Source: Chiloscyllium plagiosum | Lineage: Eukaryota | Assembly: GCF_004010195.1 (NCBI RefSeq) | Contig: NC_057719.1 | Coordinates: 28,126,710-28,190,709, forward strand | Direction: 5' to 3' | Length of the DNA stretch: 64,000 nt | In this document: positions 1-12,341 of the stretch, piece by piece | How the letters are laid out: each line of letters opens with the position of its first letter | Numbering within the stretch: the stretch's first letter is position 1 | Program-made: the position numbers and the translations under genes | Notes under the pieces: generated by a model | What the model was told of the DNA's origin: nothing | Seen by the model: only the letters and a program-made list of their open reading frames with translations | Databases searched by the model: none

Positions 1-140
1 TTCCCAAAGCTGCCTTTCCCTAGGACACTGAGGAAGGTGAAATCGTCAATGCCCAGTTTACGTCGTACTTGCTGGCCGGTACTGTTCTCGACTGCATTAC
101 CCAGGGTCTCGTTTTCTTCATGGCTTTGTCGACTTTGTCT
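1..140 (-). CDS. PRKCH: PKC exon 8 (cut by window edge), hinge and kinase Gly-rich loop: RQSRQSHEENETLGNAVENSTGQQVRRKLGIDDFTFLSVLGKGSFG(K)
   Basis: Open frame ending in VLGKGSFGK. LGIDDF resembles eta LGIDNF. Acceptor cttttctcgaataaag|AGA in phase 0, matching exon 7. Confidence 0.92.
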
Positions 141-1977
141 CTTTATTCGAGAAAAGATAGATACAAAGAATTATTGTTACACACAGTGGAGTGAATAACT
201 AATACCAGCTAATTAATGCTCCTGGATTATACAACTGACAGATTGCAACAGAATGTTTTCTAAGGGACAGAAATAGTATCAAGATTATAAAGTCCGATTG
301 ACACAATTATTTCAGAAAATCACATGGTAAAGAAGTGGCCCATTAACCTGTCACTATTGTGACAGAGTAGCTCTCTGAAAGAGCTTCTTATTAATCCCAC
401 ACCCTGCTCTTGCTTCAAAACCTTGCCATTGTTTCCTTTGTATCGCTTAAACTGTACTTTGTGACTGAGTCACAGTCATCACCTGATTCTCGTAATGTGA
501 TACCAACACTAGCAATGTTTCTTTTGTCAGAATTTCTGTTTGAGAACAAACATGCAATGATATAAATTTAGTGTCCTACATCACACAAATGTCTTTCAAT
601 GGGGAATATAGTGAAAGAGGTCTGCGTCATAAAATACAGAACCTTGTGTTGCTGGTGTAGAGCTTTTTACAACAGCACAGTAATTTGGGAATAATGTGGA
701 AAATCAGGAGGTCCAAAGTCTTAAAACACGATCAGATCCTTTTTTTTCATTCCCAGAAGCTACAGCCCAGTACAGGTTGCTGCAATCCCCACTGTAGTGT
801 TGAGAAAGCCCTGAGGCTGCAACTTTGTTACTGGTTTTATACACTCGCACCTCTGTCAAGCTCTACAGTGACACCACCTGAATGCAAGGTGGGTTAAACA
901 TGCCAGATTTCTTAAGGGATTTTACTCTTCCCGTCAATTTCTTCTCTCTTCATTCCATTCCCCCAATTTCTACATATGATACAGTACAGTACTTGCACCT
1001 ACACAGCAAGGAGAATGTAACTACACTCGTGATACTCCTCAGTCATAACAAAAACTCCATTCCATCTGCATGCAGACACCTACACACACACACATATAGA
1101 TGGACACTTTCACAGACACACAGTCAGTCTGGATTAACCACTGTAACACTGAGTCATTTTCTTTTCTGTCCAATCACTTTTCTATACACTTTAAATTCCT
1201 GTTTGACTGTCTTTGCTAACCTGTCTTTCTGTCTGGTGCTTACTCATGCGCACATTTGAAACGTCACAACAGAATCCAATCCTGTCCTGTCCTTATCAGC
1301 TACCAGTGAGTTCAGGACAATGTCCTGGAAGAGAAGCCCAGGCCAGTGCCTCCCTCTCTAACCCAGCATCTGTAATGTCAGCTGCAAAAGGCTGGCCTCA
1401 GTGAAGGTCAATTAACTTAACGGCAAATGGACTGATCTGACTGGTGCACCAATAGAGATTGGTCTCTTCAGCACAGAGCAGGGATCGAATATGGGATATT
1501 CTGGAATGTCAAGCTTAATCATTCACTTAATCACCCCCTGAGCCTATGGAGTCCATCTGTGTAAAAGACAGATGTTCTTTGTTTCCAGAGCCACATGAAT
1601 TTGTACACAACAAATGTTTGACAGTTATACCATCATCAATTTTTGGTGAAGTCTAATTAAATAGAATTTTTGGGAAGTCTAATTAAAATAGTTGGCAATC
1701 ATCCACCTGAAATTCTAATGCACATTATTGCCAGGCATGGTTCCCAATGGATGTGTGCAGTTGGAATAAACAGTGGCTTATACGTCCACAGCACATTTTC
1801 CAATCTCAGCATGCCAAAGCATTTGAGCCAAAGAATAACCTTTTGAGGGTGTAATGTAGAAAACAGGACAGCCAAGGCAAGGACTGCATCACCGATAGCA
1901 TCATTGTCCATTGATTACAAGTGTAAACCTCCAACAATGTTAGAAATACCAGTGAGGCAGCTCAGCAGTATCCTTAC

Positions 1978-2117
1978 CATCTGCCTCCTCTTTAAAGTGG
2001 AGATGCCTCCTGCACTGAGTCCCATCTCTGCCAGCTTCCTAGCGAGTTCCACAGAGTTTACTCCGCAGCTTGGGGCAACGTTGTTCTCGCAGCGAATGTG
2101 AATGTTCATTTTGCAAA
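1978..2117 (-). CDS. PRKCH: PKC exon 7, end of C1B and start of hinge: (V)[46 protein letters not shown]
   Basis: Within ORF 1915..2157. Acceptor ttgacag|TT, donor ATG|gtaagg, 140 nt. [16 protein letters not shown] resembles PKC eta GVNAVELAKTLAGMGL. Confidence 0.94.
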
Positions 2118-3593
2118 CTGTCAAAAGGAGAGACATTATTTTATATAAGTGTTTCATGGAGAATAAATCCTAGTCAGGAATATCAGTTTTTAAAACAGCC
2201 AAAGGGAAAACAACTTCCCTGTGGAATTCTACATGTCCAGCATATTATGTAACACCTTCACATTGACCAGCTCTTAATAGGTATCCAGGAAATAACACAA
2301 GCTCTCTCAGTCACTCTGACTCTGTTCATATAATCATCAGCAGGCCACTGACTCTTTTGATAAAGGAGTCTGTATGATCTCAGGATTCCTTCACTGACAG
2401 GACATCTATTAAACTGCTCTGATTAAAAGGGACAACACTGTGCTGATTGTCTGTATTAGTGAGGCCATTTGACAGACACTCTATTTCTTTACCACAATCC
2501 TGTAATTAAGTCCTGGATAGAATTTATCTTTCAGTTGTGTTTTTTAGAACAATTCAGAGTTCAAGATGTATACAGCTGGTAGACTTCAACATACTGTATT
2601 CACTCCTGATTGTAACCTTCTTGTCATTCCAGTTACCATTCCAATGGCAGCAAGCTGACCAATAGAATTCTTATGTAGTCTGCCAGCAACATCTAACACA
2701 CAGCAATGAAATGTAGCTTTGGATGTAGGAAGGTTTTCTCATGTTGCCCTTTTCAAAAAAAAAATTCTATGATCTTTTAAAATCTGCTTAAACACAGAAA
2801 AAGGATCTTAATTCAGCTTTAAAAGGGCAATACAGATCAACAGAGTTCATTTTGATTTTGGTGTAGTGCCAAATGGCTGTTAGCAGATTATTTCTTATTA
2901 AAATTACCTTGGTTACATTTTAACTCAGATGAGTTCTACCTGATTGAGCTAAATTGACTCGAACAGAATTACTAATTGAGTTTACAAACAGTAATGCATT
3001 TCAGAAGCATCACCTGCCAACAACATTGAGGAAACAATTTAATGCAAGTGAAATAAATGCTTCAGGACCACATTCTCAACATAATCATCCAACTATAATT
3101 GGGATTATAGTGGGGATTGGGAGCAATTTGTTCTTTGCATCTCAGTGGCCATGGAGACAGCTACACATGAAAAAAATATAACTGCCTTCAAGTAGACCTA
3201 ATTTCCAGAACTGGGGTGTCAAAAGCACGACATATGGACTTCACACTTTTCAGGAGAAGATCTAAAGCTGCTCGAGTTCACGGAGATGTAGGGAGCTCTT
3301 TTGGACAGTTGCTATTCCCTTCTGGGTAGTTCAAAGGCCACTTCTGGGACAGGTTAAGTGCCCTGGAGGGGAAGCGCCCTTTGTGATCATTCCAACTATA
3401 AATTAATGCGTGTAAATTTGGATAAACTCATTGGTACATCAAGAGAATTGGCAAGTTGTCAAGGGAATTAAATCTGTTTTCTACACTTCTGAAAATCCTT
3501 TCTGCATTGTTAAAAATCAGTGCTTGCTATTTCACATTATCTGTTGCTCTCTATAAATATGCAAACTCGACTTTTCTCATTTGCTTTGTCTAG

Positions 3594-3797
3594 GGAATGA
3601 GCTTCCAGAGGGAAGTGGTGGAGGCTGGTACATTTACAACATTTAAAAGGCATCTGGATGGGCATATGAAATGAATGGATTTCGAAGGAAATGGGCCAAG
3701 TGCTGGCACATGGGACTAGATTAGGTTAGGATAACTGATCGATATGGACTAGTTGGACTAAAGATTCTGTTTCCGTTCTATACATCTCTATGACTCT
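3594..3797 (+). mobile_element. CR1/HER1-type LINE 3' fragment
   Basis: Encodes a degenerate NELPEEVVEAGT-TTFKRHLD end of ORF2, then a 3' UTR ending tctctatgactct shared with other copies in the window. Confidence 0.85.
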
Positions 3798-3831
3798 AAG
3801 TAATATAAGAGTGCCTTACGAACAGGATTAC

Positions 3832-3961
3832 CTTTACACTGTTTTCCTTGCCTCATCAGCCCATACAGAAGGGAGCCACAATGATCACAGAACGTTGGCA
3901 CCTTGTAGTTATGAATGTTGAATTGATGACGTACATTGATGCTAAATCTTTGCTCACATAC
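3832..3961 (-). CDS. PRKCH: PKC exon 6, C1B first part: [43 protein letters not shown]
   Basis: Manual translation (not in the ORF track in this frame). Acceptor ttcatag|GTA, donor AAAG|gtaatc, 130 nt. [16 protein letters not shown] is the eta/epsilon C1B signature. Confidence 0.95.
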
Positions 3962-4269
3962 CTATGAAATATAATAGTCAATTGTTTAAGACAGCTGTAG
4001 ACACAAATAAACATGAAGACAGACTTGCCTATTGGAGCCACTTTCTAAGGTTTGATTTTATTTTCAATATCACTTTTCAAATTTTTTTCTCCCTTTGGGG
4101 GGTGTTCTCTTCTCTCCATTTGGATAGAATGTTCTACATCCTAGCTGGAATGACCAAACAATCATGATGGGTTGTGTTACAGGCAACTGATCTGAAACTG
4201 TGCCTATAGTGGCCTGTCTATGTTGATCATTCCAAAAGATGTTTCACCCAATAGTTGCTGTGAGAGTGC

Positions 4270-4960
4270 ATAAACAAAGCATTACAAACAACCCACTAAA
4301 GAGGTAGGGCCATTGTTGGAGTCTATAATTAAGGATAAGGGTAACTGAACACCTTGAAAATTTTCAGTGAATTAGGGACAACCAACATGAATTCATGACA
4401 GGTAGGTCATGTTTGACAAACCTGATAGAAGTTTTTGAAGAGGTGACTAAGTTAGTGGACAGGAGAAAGTCTATAGATATTTATATGAACTTACAGAAGG
4501 CATTTGATAAAGTCCCACATAACAGACTGTTAATTAAGGTAACCTATGGAATTGAGGACATATTACTGACATAGCTGGGGAATTGGTTGTGTGGCAGATG
4601 ACAGAAAATAGGAATAACGGGTAGGTACTCAAATTGGCAGGATGTGGTTTCCCATTAGGATCTTTCGTCAGGGTCTCTACCTAATTACTCACATTAGTTA
4701 TTAACAACTTTGATAATGGCATAGAAAATCATATATCCAAATTGGCTGAAGACACAAGTTAGGTGGCATTGTAGACAGTGTAGACAATAACATAACACTA
4801 CAAAGAGATATTGATAGACTAAGTGAATGGGCATAACTGGGGGTAGATGGAGTTCAATATAAACAATGTGAAGTTATCAATTTTAGACCAAAAAAGAACA
4901 GATCAGATGATTTATCTAATGATATGAAGTTAAATGCATGGATGTCCAAAGAGGCTTGGG
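4270..4960 (+). mobile_element. Degenerate CR1 reverse-transcriptase fragment (older subfamily)
   Basis: Broken motifs resembling QHGF..GRSCLTNLIE, QKAFDKVPH and KFADDTK, with many stops and frameshifts. Confidence 0.8.
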
Positions 4961-4979
4961 ACTTGGGCTTGAGCCTTTT

Positions 4980-6346
4980 ACTACAATCAGCAGTAACTGA
5001 ACCAGCTGCTTCTCAGAACCAAAGTTGTACTCTTAATCTGTAAAGGTTCCCTGGTATAGGTTCTCAGTCTACCTGATGTATTCACAGACTTAAGGATTGG
5101 AGTGTAGAGTGAATGTTGTTGTAGACTGGTTCTGTGATCACTGACATGGCCACGTCAGTATCAATCTCCATTTAGAACCAGATGACCATTTAACCAAATG
5201 TTTATTTTGATTGGTTCTGATTTAACTGTTCCAAACCAGGTGTAGATGTAATTTCCAGAATGTGCAATCTCCTGGGTACCAGCTTATGGGTTCCCTTACT
5301 CAATTTAGGTCTAAAGGGACTCGTTTACTATCGAGTCCGCATACCGACAGCAACTAAAATGGCTTGCCAGACCGGATCCTGAAGAAAATTTTAACTGTTT
5401 GGTCAAGACTCCGCTTTGTATTGGGGATTTGCTATGAGCTGACCTTGAGTCCCTCTATTCAGGATATGTCCTGACTGAGGCTATGCAATTGCCTTCACAC
5501 AAATGGCTCAGTCAGACTGGTGACGGTGTCCCCTTCCATTGGAATATCCTGCAACTATTATGCTCTACTTGTGCAATGATAAAGCCAGTTGTAATGTCTG
5601 TTTGAAGTCCAGCTGGAACTCAGCTAATCGGCGCTTTTGCATGGTTACATCATTAATCCCACATACCAAACAGTGTCTCGGCATCTCATTATGGGTTAAG
5701 CCAAAGTAACAAGCCTCTCTCAGTCATCTTGACCCAGTTAAAATCCTAATATGGATTCTCCTGGTTCTGAATTTGCCGAGTAAAACCCATAGCTTCTCAG
5801 AATTACAGGAGGCTCAGGTCATAATATTCCTGAACTAAATCCATGAACTATTGGAAGGTTTTCATATCTGGTGCCTCCAGTAAAGTAAGGCTCCTAATAA
5901 CTGAAAAAGCTGTGGGTCCACATGCTGTTACTCTTTATTTTTCATCTGCCCCCCAAAAAAATGCATTCATTCCACATACTGGGCCCAGTCTTCTATGGCA
6001 GGATTGAAGCATGAAGCTTTCCAAATAACAGCATGATGCCAGAAATTACCCCAACTCAAAGACAACTGTGGCACGCAAATTTCTTTAGGAGCATGCTTTA
6101 CTCTCATCGTCACTGAAGTAACTCCACAGAGGCCGGTATCCCGTCACCAAGTCACCCTTTATTTATATATGCAGGCTCCTTGACACTGGTCCAGCTCCCT
6201 CAAAGCCAGTTCTCAAAGTGAACAGAAGCTCTGACCCTTCGGTTTATATCTGTCAGCCAGGCCTCCTAATTGGAGTTGTAATTGGTCCAATCAGGGAAGT
6301 CATATTCTATGAAGTCCACCTGGCTGACCTCATTGCAATCACTACA
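4980..6346 (-). mobile_element. Truncated Gypsy-like LTR retrotransposon: LTR 6114-6346, PBS-like sequence, degenerate gag and protease
   Basis: LTR reads TGTAGT...ACTTCA on the minus strand, followed by gtgacgatgag. Gag-like LFGKL..EDWAQYVE..CGPTAFSVIRSLT and protease-like MEIDT..AMSVI. Homologous to 47552-51113. Confidence 0.75.
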
Positions 6347-6440
6347 GTACGCATAAATTTTCATCTCCAGTGACTGTCAAACATTCTGGTCAAAAGGCTG
6401 CAGGACCTTGTTTTAATATAGGAGATGAGTAATGAACACA

Positions 6441-7359
6441 AGAAGGTTACCTCAGAGTACAATGGGACCTTGATCAGGTGGGCAAATGGGCCAAAGAATA
6501 GCAGATGGAATTTATCTTAGATAAATGAGATGTGCTGCATTTTCGTAAGGCAAATCGGGGTAGGACTGATACACTTAATGGTAATCTCATTCCAGCAGGG
6601 GGCACTGGCACATTATTTGGCTGAAAAAGTGATCATGAAGCAAAAAGGAGCCTGAAGAGTGTTGCTAAACAAAGAGGCCTTGGGGTGCAGCTTCATAGCT
6701 CCTTGAAGGTGGAGTAGCAGGTAGACAGGGTAGTGAAGAAGGTATGTTTGCTTTTATTTATAAATGCATTGAGTATAGAAATTGGGATGTCATATTACTG
6801 CTGTACAGGACATTGTTTAGGCCACTATTGGAATACTGCATTAAATTCTGGTCACCCTGCAAGAGGAAGGATGTTGTGAAATTTGAAAGGGTTCAGAAAA
6901 GATTTACAAGGATGTTGCCAGGGTTGGAGGATTTGAGATATCAGGAGATGCTGAATAGGCTGGGGCTGTTTTCCCTGGAGTGTCGAAGGCTGAGGGGTGA
7001 CCTTATAGAGGTTTATAAAATCATGAGGGGCATGGATAGGTAAATAGTCAAGGTCTTTTCTCCAGGGGAGGGTAATCCAAAACTAGAAGTCATAAGTTTA
7101 AGGTGAGTGGGGAAAGATTTAAAAGGAACCTCTGGGGAAACCTTTCCACACAGAGGGTGATGCGTGTATGGAATGAGCTGCTCGAGAAGGTGGTGGAGGC
7201 TGGTGCCATTACAACATTTAAAAAGGCATCTGGATGGTTATATGAAAAGGAAGGGCCAAATGCTGGCAAATGGGAGTAGATTAGGTTAGGATATCTGATT
7301 GCAATAAGTTAGACCAAAGGGTCAGTTTCCATGCTGTACATCTGTGACTGTGTGACTCT
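6441..7359 (+). mobile_element. CR1/HER1-type LINE, 3' ~0.9 kb
   Basis: ORF 6744..7043 (LYRTLFRPLLEYC..FWSP..ERVQKRFTRMLPGL..RRLRGDLIEVYKIMRG) plus the typical 3' UTR. Confidence 0.92.
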
Positions 7360-7387
7360 TAAAAAAATTGAATGGTGTATTGAAATA

Positions 7388-7560
7388 CAGAGGAACCTTG
7401 ATTATCCAGCATTCGATTATCCGAATATCAGATTATCCGGCAAGATCGCAAAGTCCCAATCTCAGCTTAACTATGTTATCCAGCATTCAATTATCTGGAA
7501 TTCAATTAACCAAACGAAATGCTGCCTGCCCGTGTCCTTCGGATACTCGAGGTTCCTCTG
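7388..7560. mobile_element. MITE, Tc1/mariner (pogo/Tigger-like), 173 bp
   Basis: TA|CAGAGGAACCTTGATTATCC ... GGATACTCGAGGTTCCTCTG|TA: ~20 bp TIRs with a TA duplication. Internal repeats of an attatcc unit. Confidence 0.85.
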
Positions 7561-7580
7561 TAATACTATTCCTGTCTCAT

Positions 7581-7597
7581 GCCACCAGGGGGCACTG
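7581..7597 (+). promoter_or_regulatory. Candidate CTCF-binding motif (gCCACCAGGGGGCACTg), with a second copy at 6591-6607
   Basis: Close match to the CTCF core consensus CCASYAGRKGGCRS. Motif match only. Confidence 0.45.
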
Positions 7598-7839
7598 GCA
7601 CATTATTTGGCTGAAAGTGAGCATGAAGCAAAAAAGAGACGCGGATTTGAAAACGATCAGAAAAATATCGTGACTTCGGGACAGAAACTTATTTTGTTTG
7701 CAGATAATTTCTGATTGGGAGCAATTCTGCTTCTCACTCCCAGAAGATAAGTTTGGTGTGGGCTGCTAATATGTTACAGAAACAGCGGGGAGGGGCTACT
7801 GGTCCATGTTCACACAGACTGGGACAGATTAGGCATACA

Positions 7840-8130
7840 GTTGAACAGCACGGAACAATGGTTCCATGCTGACCAATTTTCCCAAACTAAACTAGTCCCA
7901 CTTACCTGTGTTTGGCTCAAATCCCTCTGAACCTTTCCTATTCATGTGCGTGCCCAAATGTATTTTAAACATTCTAGCTGTACCTGCATCTTCCACTTTC
8001 TCAGGCAGTTCATTCCACGTACAAACCACCCTCTCTATGTAAACATTGCCCCTCAGGTCCCTTTTAAATCTTTCTCCTCTCACTTAAAATGATGATCACT
8101 AGTTTGAACTTACCCACCCCAGGGAAAAAT
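7840..8130 (-). mobile_element. CR1-type LINE 3' fragment
   Basis: ORF 7892..8083 RGERFKRDLRGN..ERVV..WNELPE. Confidence 0.88.
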
Positions 8131-8337
8131 GTGGGCAGGATTGCTCAGACCCCATTAGCTGGGTATGCCAATTTCCTGACTGGGATTATGCTCCTGGGCC
8201 ATGGAGGTAGGATAGGGGAGTAGACGGACAACAGGGAGGTACGGTAGGGTGTCTGGGGGGTGGGTTGTTGGCCATACACACATTGCGGTGTTGGTAGGCA
8301 GCTAATCACACTCATTAGACACAATCATAGAAAAATC

Positions 8338-8684
8338 ACAGAATTCCTCCAGTGTGCAAACAAACCATTTGGCCCAACAAGTCCACACCAACCATACAAA
8401 GAGTATCCCACCCAAACCCATTCCCCAACCGTTTACTGTACATTTTCCCTGACTAACGCACCTAACCTACACACTCCTGAACACTGTGAGCAATTTAGTA
8501 TGGCCAATTCACCTGACCTGCACATGTTCTGTCTGTGGGGGGAAATTGGAGCACCCACAGGAGACCCAGGCAGATACAGGGTGAACGTGCAAACTTGACA
8601 CACACAGTCACCCAAAGCTGGAAATGAACCTGGATCTCTGGCGCTGTGATACAGCAGTGCTAACCACTGAGCCATCATGCCACC
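8338..8684 (-). mobile_element. tRNA-derived V-SINE (HE1-like)
   Basis: Head TGGCTCAGTGGTTAGCACTG (A box) and a degenerate GGTTC B box, central domain ...GGTGAATTGGCCAT.CTAAATTGC, CR1-like tail. Seven related copies in the window. Confidence 0.88.
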
Positions 8685-9644
8685 AAGGACTTATGAAAGC
8701 TTATCAATGTATCAATGGAAGCAAATTGGGATTTTGCAGCTGGTTCCCAGCTTCTCAGAGGTGATGGGAGCGGGTGAGTTGCATTCTCAGATGGCAGCCT
8801 TTCAGGGCTGGGAGATTAGTGCCCTAGCCAGGCAGACAGTCACATCCCCTGTCACCCCACATTTTAGAAGTTATCTCCCATAGAGGTGAATGGCTGCTGT
8901 TTTCAATTTCTGAATTAACCTTTTGACAAAATAGTTGGGTTCATCTGAATATGAGACTTCAATTCCTAATTGCCTTGGAGGTAAGAAACTGCCTTCATGA
9001 ACCACTGCAATCTTTGGGGTTTAGTAACACCTGCAGTGCTGTCAGGAGGTAGTTCCAGGATGCTGACGCTGTGATAGTGAAGAAACAGCAAAACAATTCC
9101 AAGTCAAGATGGTGGGTGGCTTGGAGGAAAACTTGCAGGTCGTGGTATTCCCAAACGATTGCTGCCCATGTCATTCTAGAATGATAGTGGACATTGATTT
9201 GGAAGACGCTGTCCAAGGAACCTTGGTTAATTTTTGCAACATTTCTTGGAGATGGTACAAACTGCTGCTACTGAGTGTCAGTGGTGCAATGAGCGAATAT
9301 CAAAGGAGTTAGATGGTTTGCTAAGCAAGCAGGCTGCTTTGTTGTTCTGGGTTTGAGTTTTGTGGGAGCTATACCCATCAAGGCAAACAATGGTATTTCT
9401 TCAAACTCCTGACTTGTGCCTGCAGGTGGCTAGACAGGTTTTGGGGAGACTGGAGGTGAGTTACCACAGAATTCCAAACCTGTGACGTATCACCATGTGA
9501 CAGACCTTTACCTTCCTACTATACAGATATATGTTGCAAGTGCTGCTAAAACACAATTGGAAATCTCTCACATTCAAAGCCATATAGACGATTACACCAG
9601 ACCAAACTATCATTAAACAAACAGAAATTTTGTGCTGACTGTAC

Positions 9645-9727
9645 CTCCTCTTTTTTGTCCTTCTTTATTCTCGGGCATGCTGTGACAATTAACTGGTGAC
9701 AGCGTTTGTGAACCACACACGTACACA
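9645..9727 (-). CDS. PRKCH: PKC exon 5, end of C1A and linker: (V)CTCVVHKRCHQLIVTACPRIKKDKKEE
   Basis: Within ORF 9546..9728. Acceptor ctcacag|TG, donor GAG|gtacag, 83 nt, ends in phase 0. Confidence 0.93.
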
Positions 9728-10466
9728 CTGTGAGATAAACAGGAGGGAAGATTAATGCTATAAATTAACAGCCATTTAAACTGCAGACTGTGCCTATCAC
9801 AAACAGATCCAATTCTTTACATGAAAGCACAATTTTTTCAAAATATTATGAATATTTTGTTCAGCTCAATGAAGGCTTCAATGTTGTAACGCAGACAATA
9901 TTATTAAAGAATCACTTTTCAAACATGAACCACTGAACAGATGTGCCTAGAGGGCCCAGTGAGGCTTATTCCTTGAAAAAAAGCGTGAATCTATGGATAC
10001 TGACAGTTCTTCATATACAAGACGAAGTGAAGATCAAATAATGTGTGCTATACAACAAACCCTTCTAGAATTTAACAGATGAGAAAGGGACTTTATTTTA
10101 AACAATAAACTTTTCTCTGTATACTAATCATAAATTCCTAATTTGTCTGGAACACAATAAGTTACATGCCATTCTCAGATGGGTTAACACTGATCATCAG
10201 AGTTATTTACTGGCTCACTTATTTCATGAATACCATGCTGTCCCCATTTCAGGAACTTCAGGTCAGAGTGAAAATGAGCACAAACCCAGTTTTCTAAGTC
10301 AATCTGCCAGTGGTCAGATAAAATAAAGATTTTTGTTTTTCGCTGAAATCGTAGTCAGGATGAGGAACATGACTGAAAAGTTGTGTTTTTGCATGAATAC
10401 AGATTAAGGTGCATTCTTCACTGGATAAAGCCTCCTCACGCTCATTAAATTAAAATAAATGATTAC

Positions 10467-10501
10467 CTTGACACTGGTATCCCTGCTTTCCAAAAATTCC
10501 C
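10467..10501 (-). CDS. PRKCH: PKC exon 4 (35 nt), C1A middle: GIFGKQGYQCQ
   Basis: Acceptor tccacag|G, donor CAAG|gtaatc. Phases fit both neighbouring exons. GKQGYQCQ is the eta/epsilon C1A motif. Confidence 0.95.
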
Positions 10502-12166
10502 CTGTGGATAAAAGAACATGAAAGTCACCAGATAGATTGGGATGAAAGCATCCACTAATGCATTTTATCTCAACATTTTATCATTCTCCATTGCAGCATC
10601 TGATGGTTTCTGAAACACATTCAAGGTGGCAGCTCACTACGTCTTATTCTCAAGGGCATTTACAGAGGAAGAATAAATGCTAGCCTTCTCAGTAATGCTC
10701 TGGTATCAACCATCTTCCTGGCACCCTGCTCGCTTATTGATCACCCACCTTATGATGGAATATCTCCCGCAGGCTGCATTCTCTTAACTGCTGCAACATT
10801 ACTTTGATAATATGTTGACTTGCTAATCTCCTCAGTGAAGGGCTTTTCCCCAAACAACCCCACAGCCACTGGTTTCTAAATTGGTGGTCTCGATCCCAAA
10901 TACAGTCACAGAAACAGCAAAATGGCTCATAATAATTAAAATTATGTTAATCTTCCAGTGTCTCGTATTGTCTGCGAGGTGAGAAGTAACCGATCTCAAG
11001 ATGAACTCCCTTGATATCGCACACTTTGAATGGCTATAGTGGCTCCAACAAGGCATGCTGTGATATCACTGTTATAAGTATGTCAGAGATTTGTCACAGC
11101 GAGTTTGTGGACATGGATTTAGTGTCCAATGACAGCTCATTCACTGAGGGACTGGGATTTTCATTACATGATGCCATAGTTACAAGAAATTTCATACATG
11201 AAGTTTAATCATTTGTTCTGATTGTTTGGATACTAATAACATTTGAACAACGTATCTTAATTTACTGTCAATAACTGAAAGAGTTTAAGACATTTAGTGT
11301 AACAAACAACAGCCCTACCAATTGAACACTAGTTTTGTCAGCAACTTATTTTTCAAAGGACAGAATGGAATATTCCATTCTTATTTTTAACAAAACCAGG
11401 AAAGCCTACAATCAAGGATATGTTACATTGTTCTTTAGGCTGACATTCAGTTCTCCCAGTATCAGTCCGAAATGATTCTGAGCGCCAAGAGCTTGCTTCA
11501 GAAATTTTCTTTTGACAGATTTTAATTCTAAAACAGTCTTTCAATGTGGAAATTTTCCTGAAGACTTCTCCTAGCTGTAGCCAGGCAAATATTTCACCCT
11601 CACTTCAGCTCCCCACAATTTATTCATCCCAATCTGAGTGTTAGCTTCTGCCAATTTCTGCTGCAGAGAATTATAGAGACTTTCAGCCTACAATTGCTTT
11701 CTCTGTCTCTCCCTCCCCAGAAAAGCTGTTTTGCTTTTTTTTTGGCATCTGAGGTCTCATTGACTTTTAAATGTTAATGTGAATTGAATTGGAAAGTAGT
11801 TTGGTAACTGCTGCCCTAGGCCATAGTTACCAAAGCCCTATAGAAATCTGCCTTTTAATTTCAAATGACATCATGCTTGACTATTTTGCCTTTCAAAATG
11901 TTTACAAAAGATAAGCTATATTTACAACACAGGATAATGTAGCAGTAAATAAACTTCAACATCAGGGATATTTATTTGCCCAAGTGCATGAGGCAGTGAG
12001 TGGATGAGTACCCTTATAAGGTCACTGAAAGGCAGATCTTCATTTTCCTGTGTTAAAAATGTCACAGATATAAATGGCTTGGCAAGTGCTTCTTTTTTAT
12101 GCTATGTAACATTTAAACAGAAAGTACAATATTTAACACCTGTAACTTAATGCAGGAGCTTCCTAC

Positions 12167-12341
12167 CAAATGAATTCTCTGCAGTGGGAGCAGTACGTGG
12201 GCTGGCGCAGGTACGTGGCCATGAACTTATGATTGTTGACCTGGTGAATCTTTCGCCGCATTGCTCCTTGCCGTTTTCTAGAAAATATGCGCTCCTTGAA
12301 CGCTCTTTCATTTGAATTGGAATTGACTTTCTCCTCAGGAT
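12167..12341 (-). CDS. PRKCH: PKC exon 3, pseudosubstrate and first half of C1[59 protein letters not shown]
   Basis: Within ORF 12163..12384. [22 protein letters not shown] is the PKC eta C1A sequence. Acceptor ttcttag|AT, donor TG|gtagga, 175 nt. Confidence 0.95.

Noticed and set aside
685..1404. ORFs in intron 7 as an extra epsilon-type hinge exon
   Set aside because: They are on the wrong strand and show no similarity. Exons 7 and 8 already join in frame.
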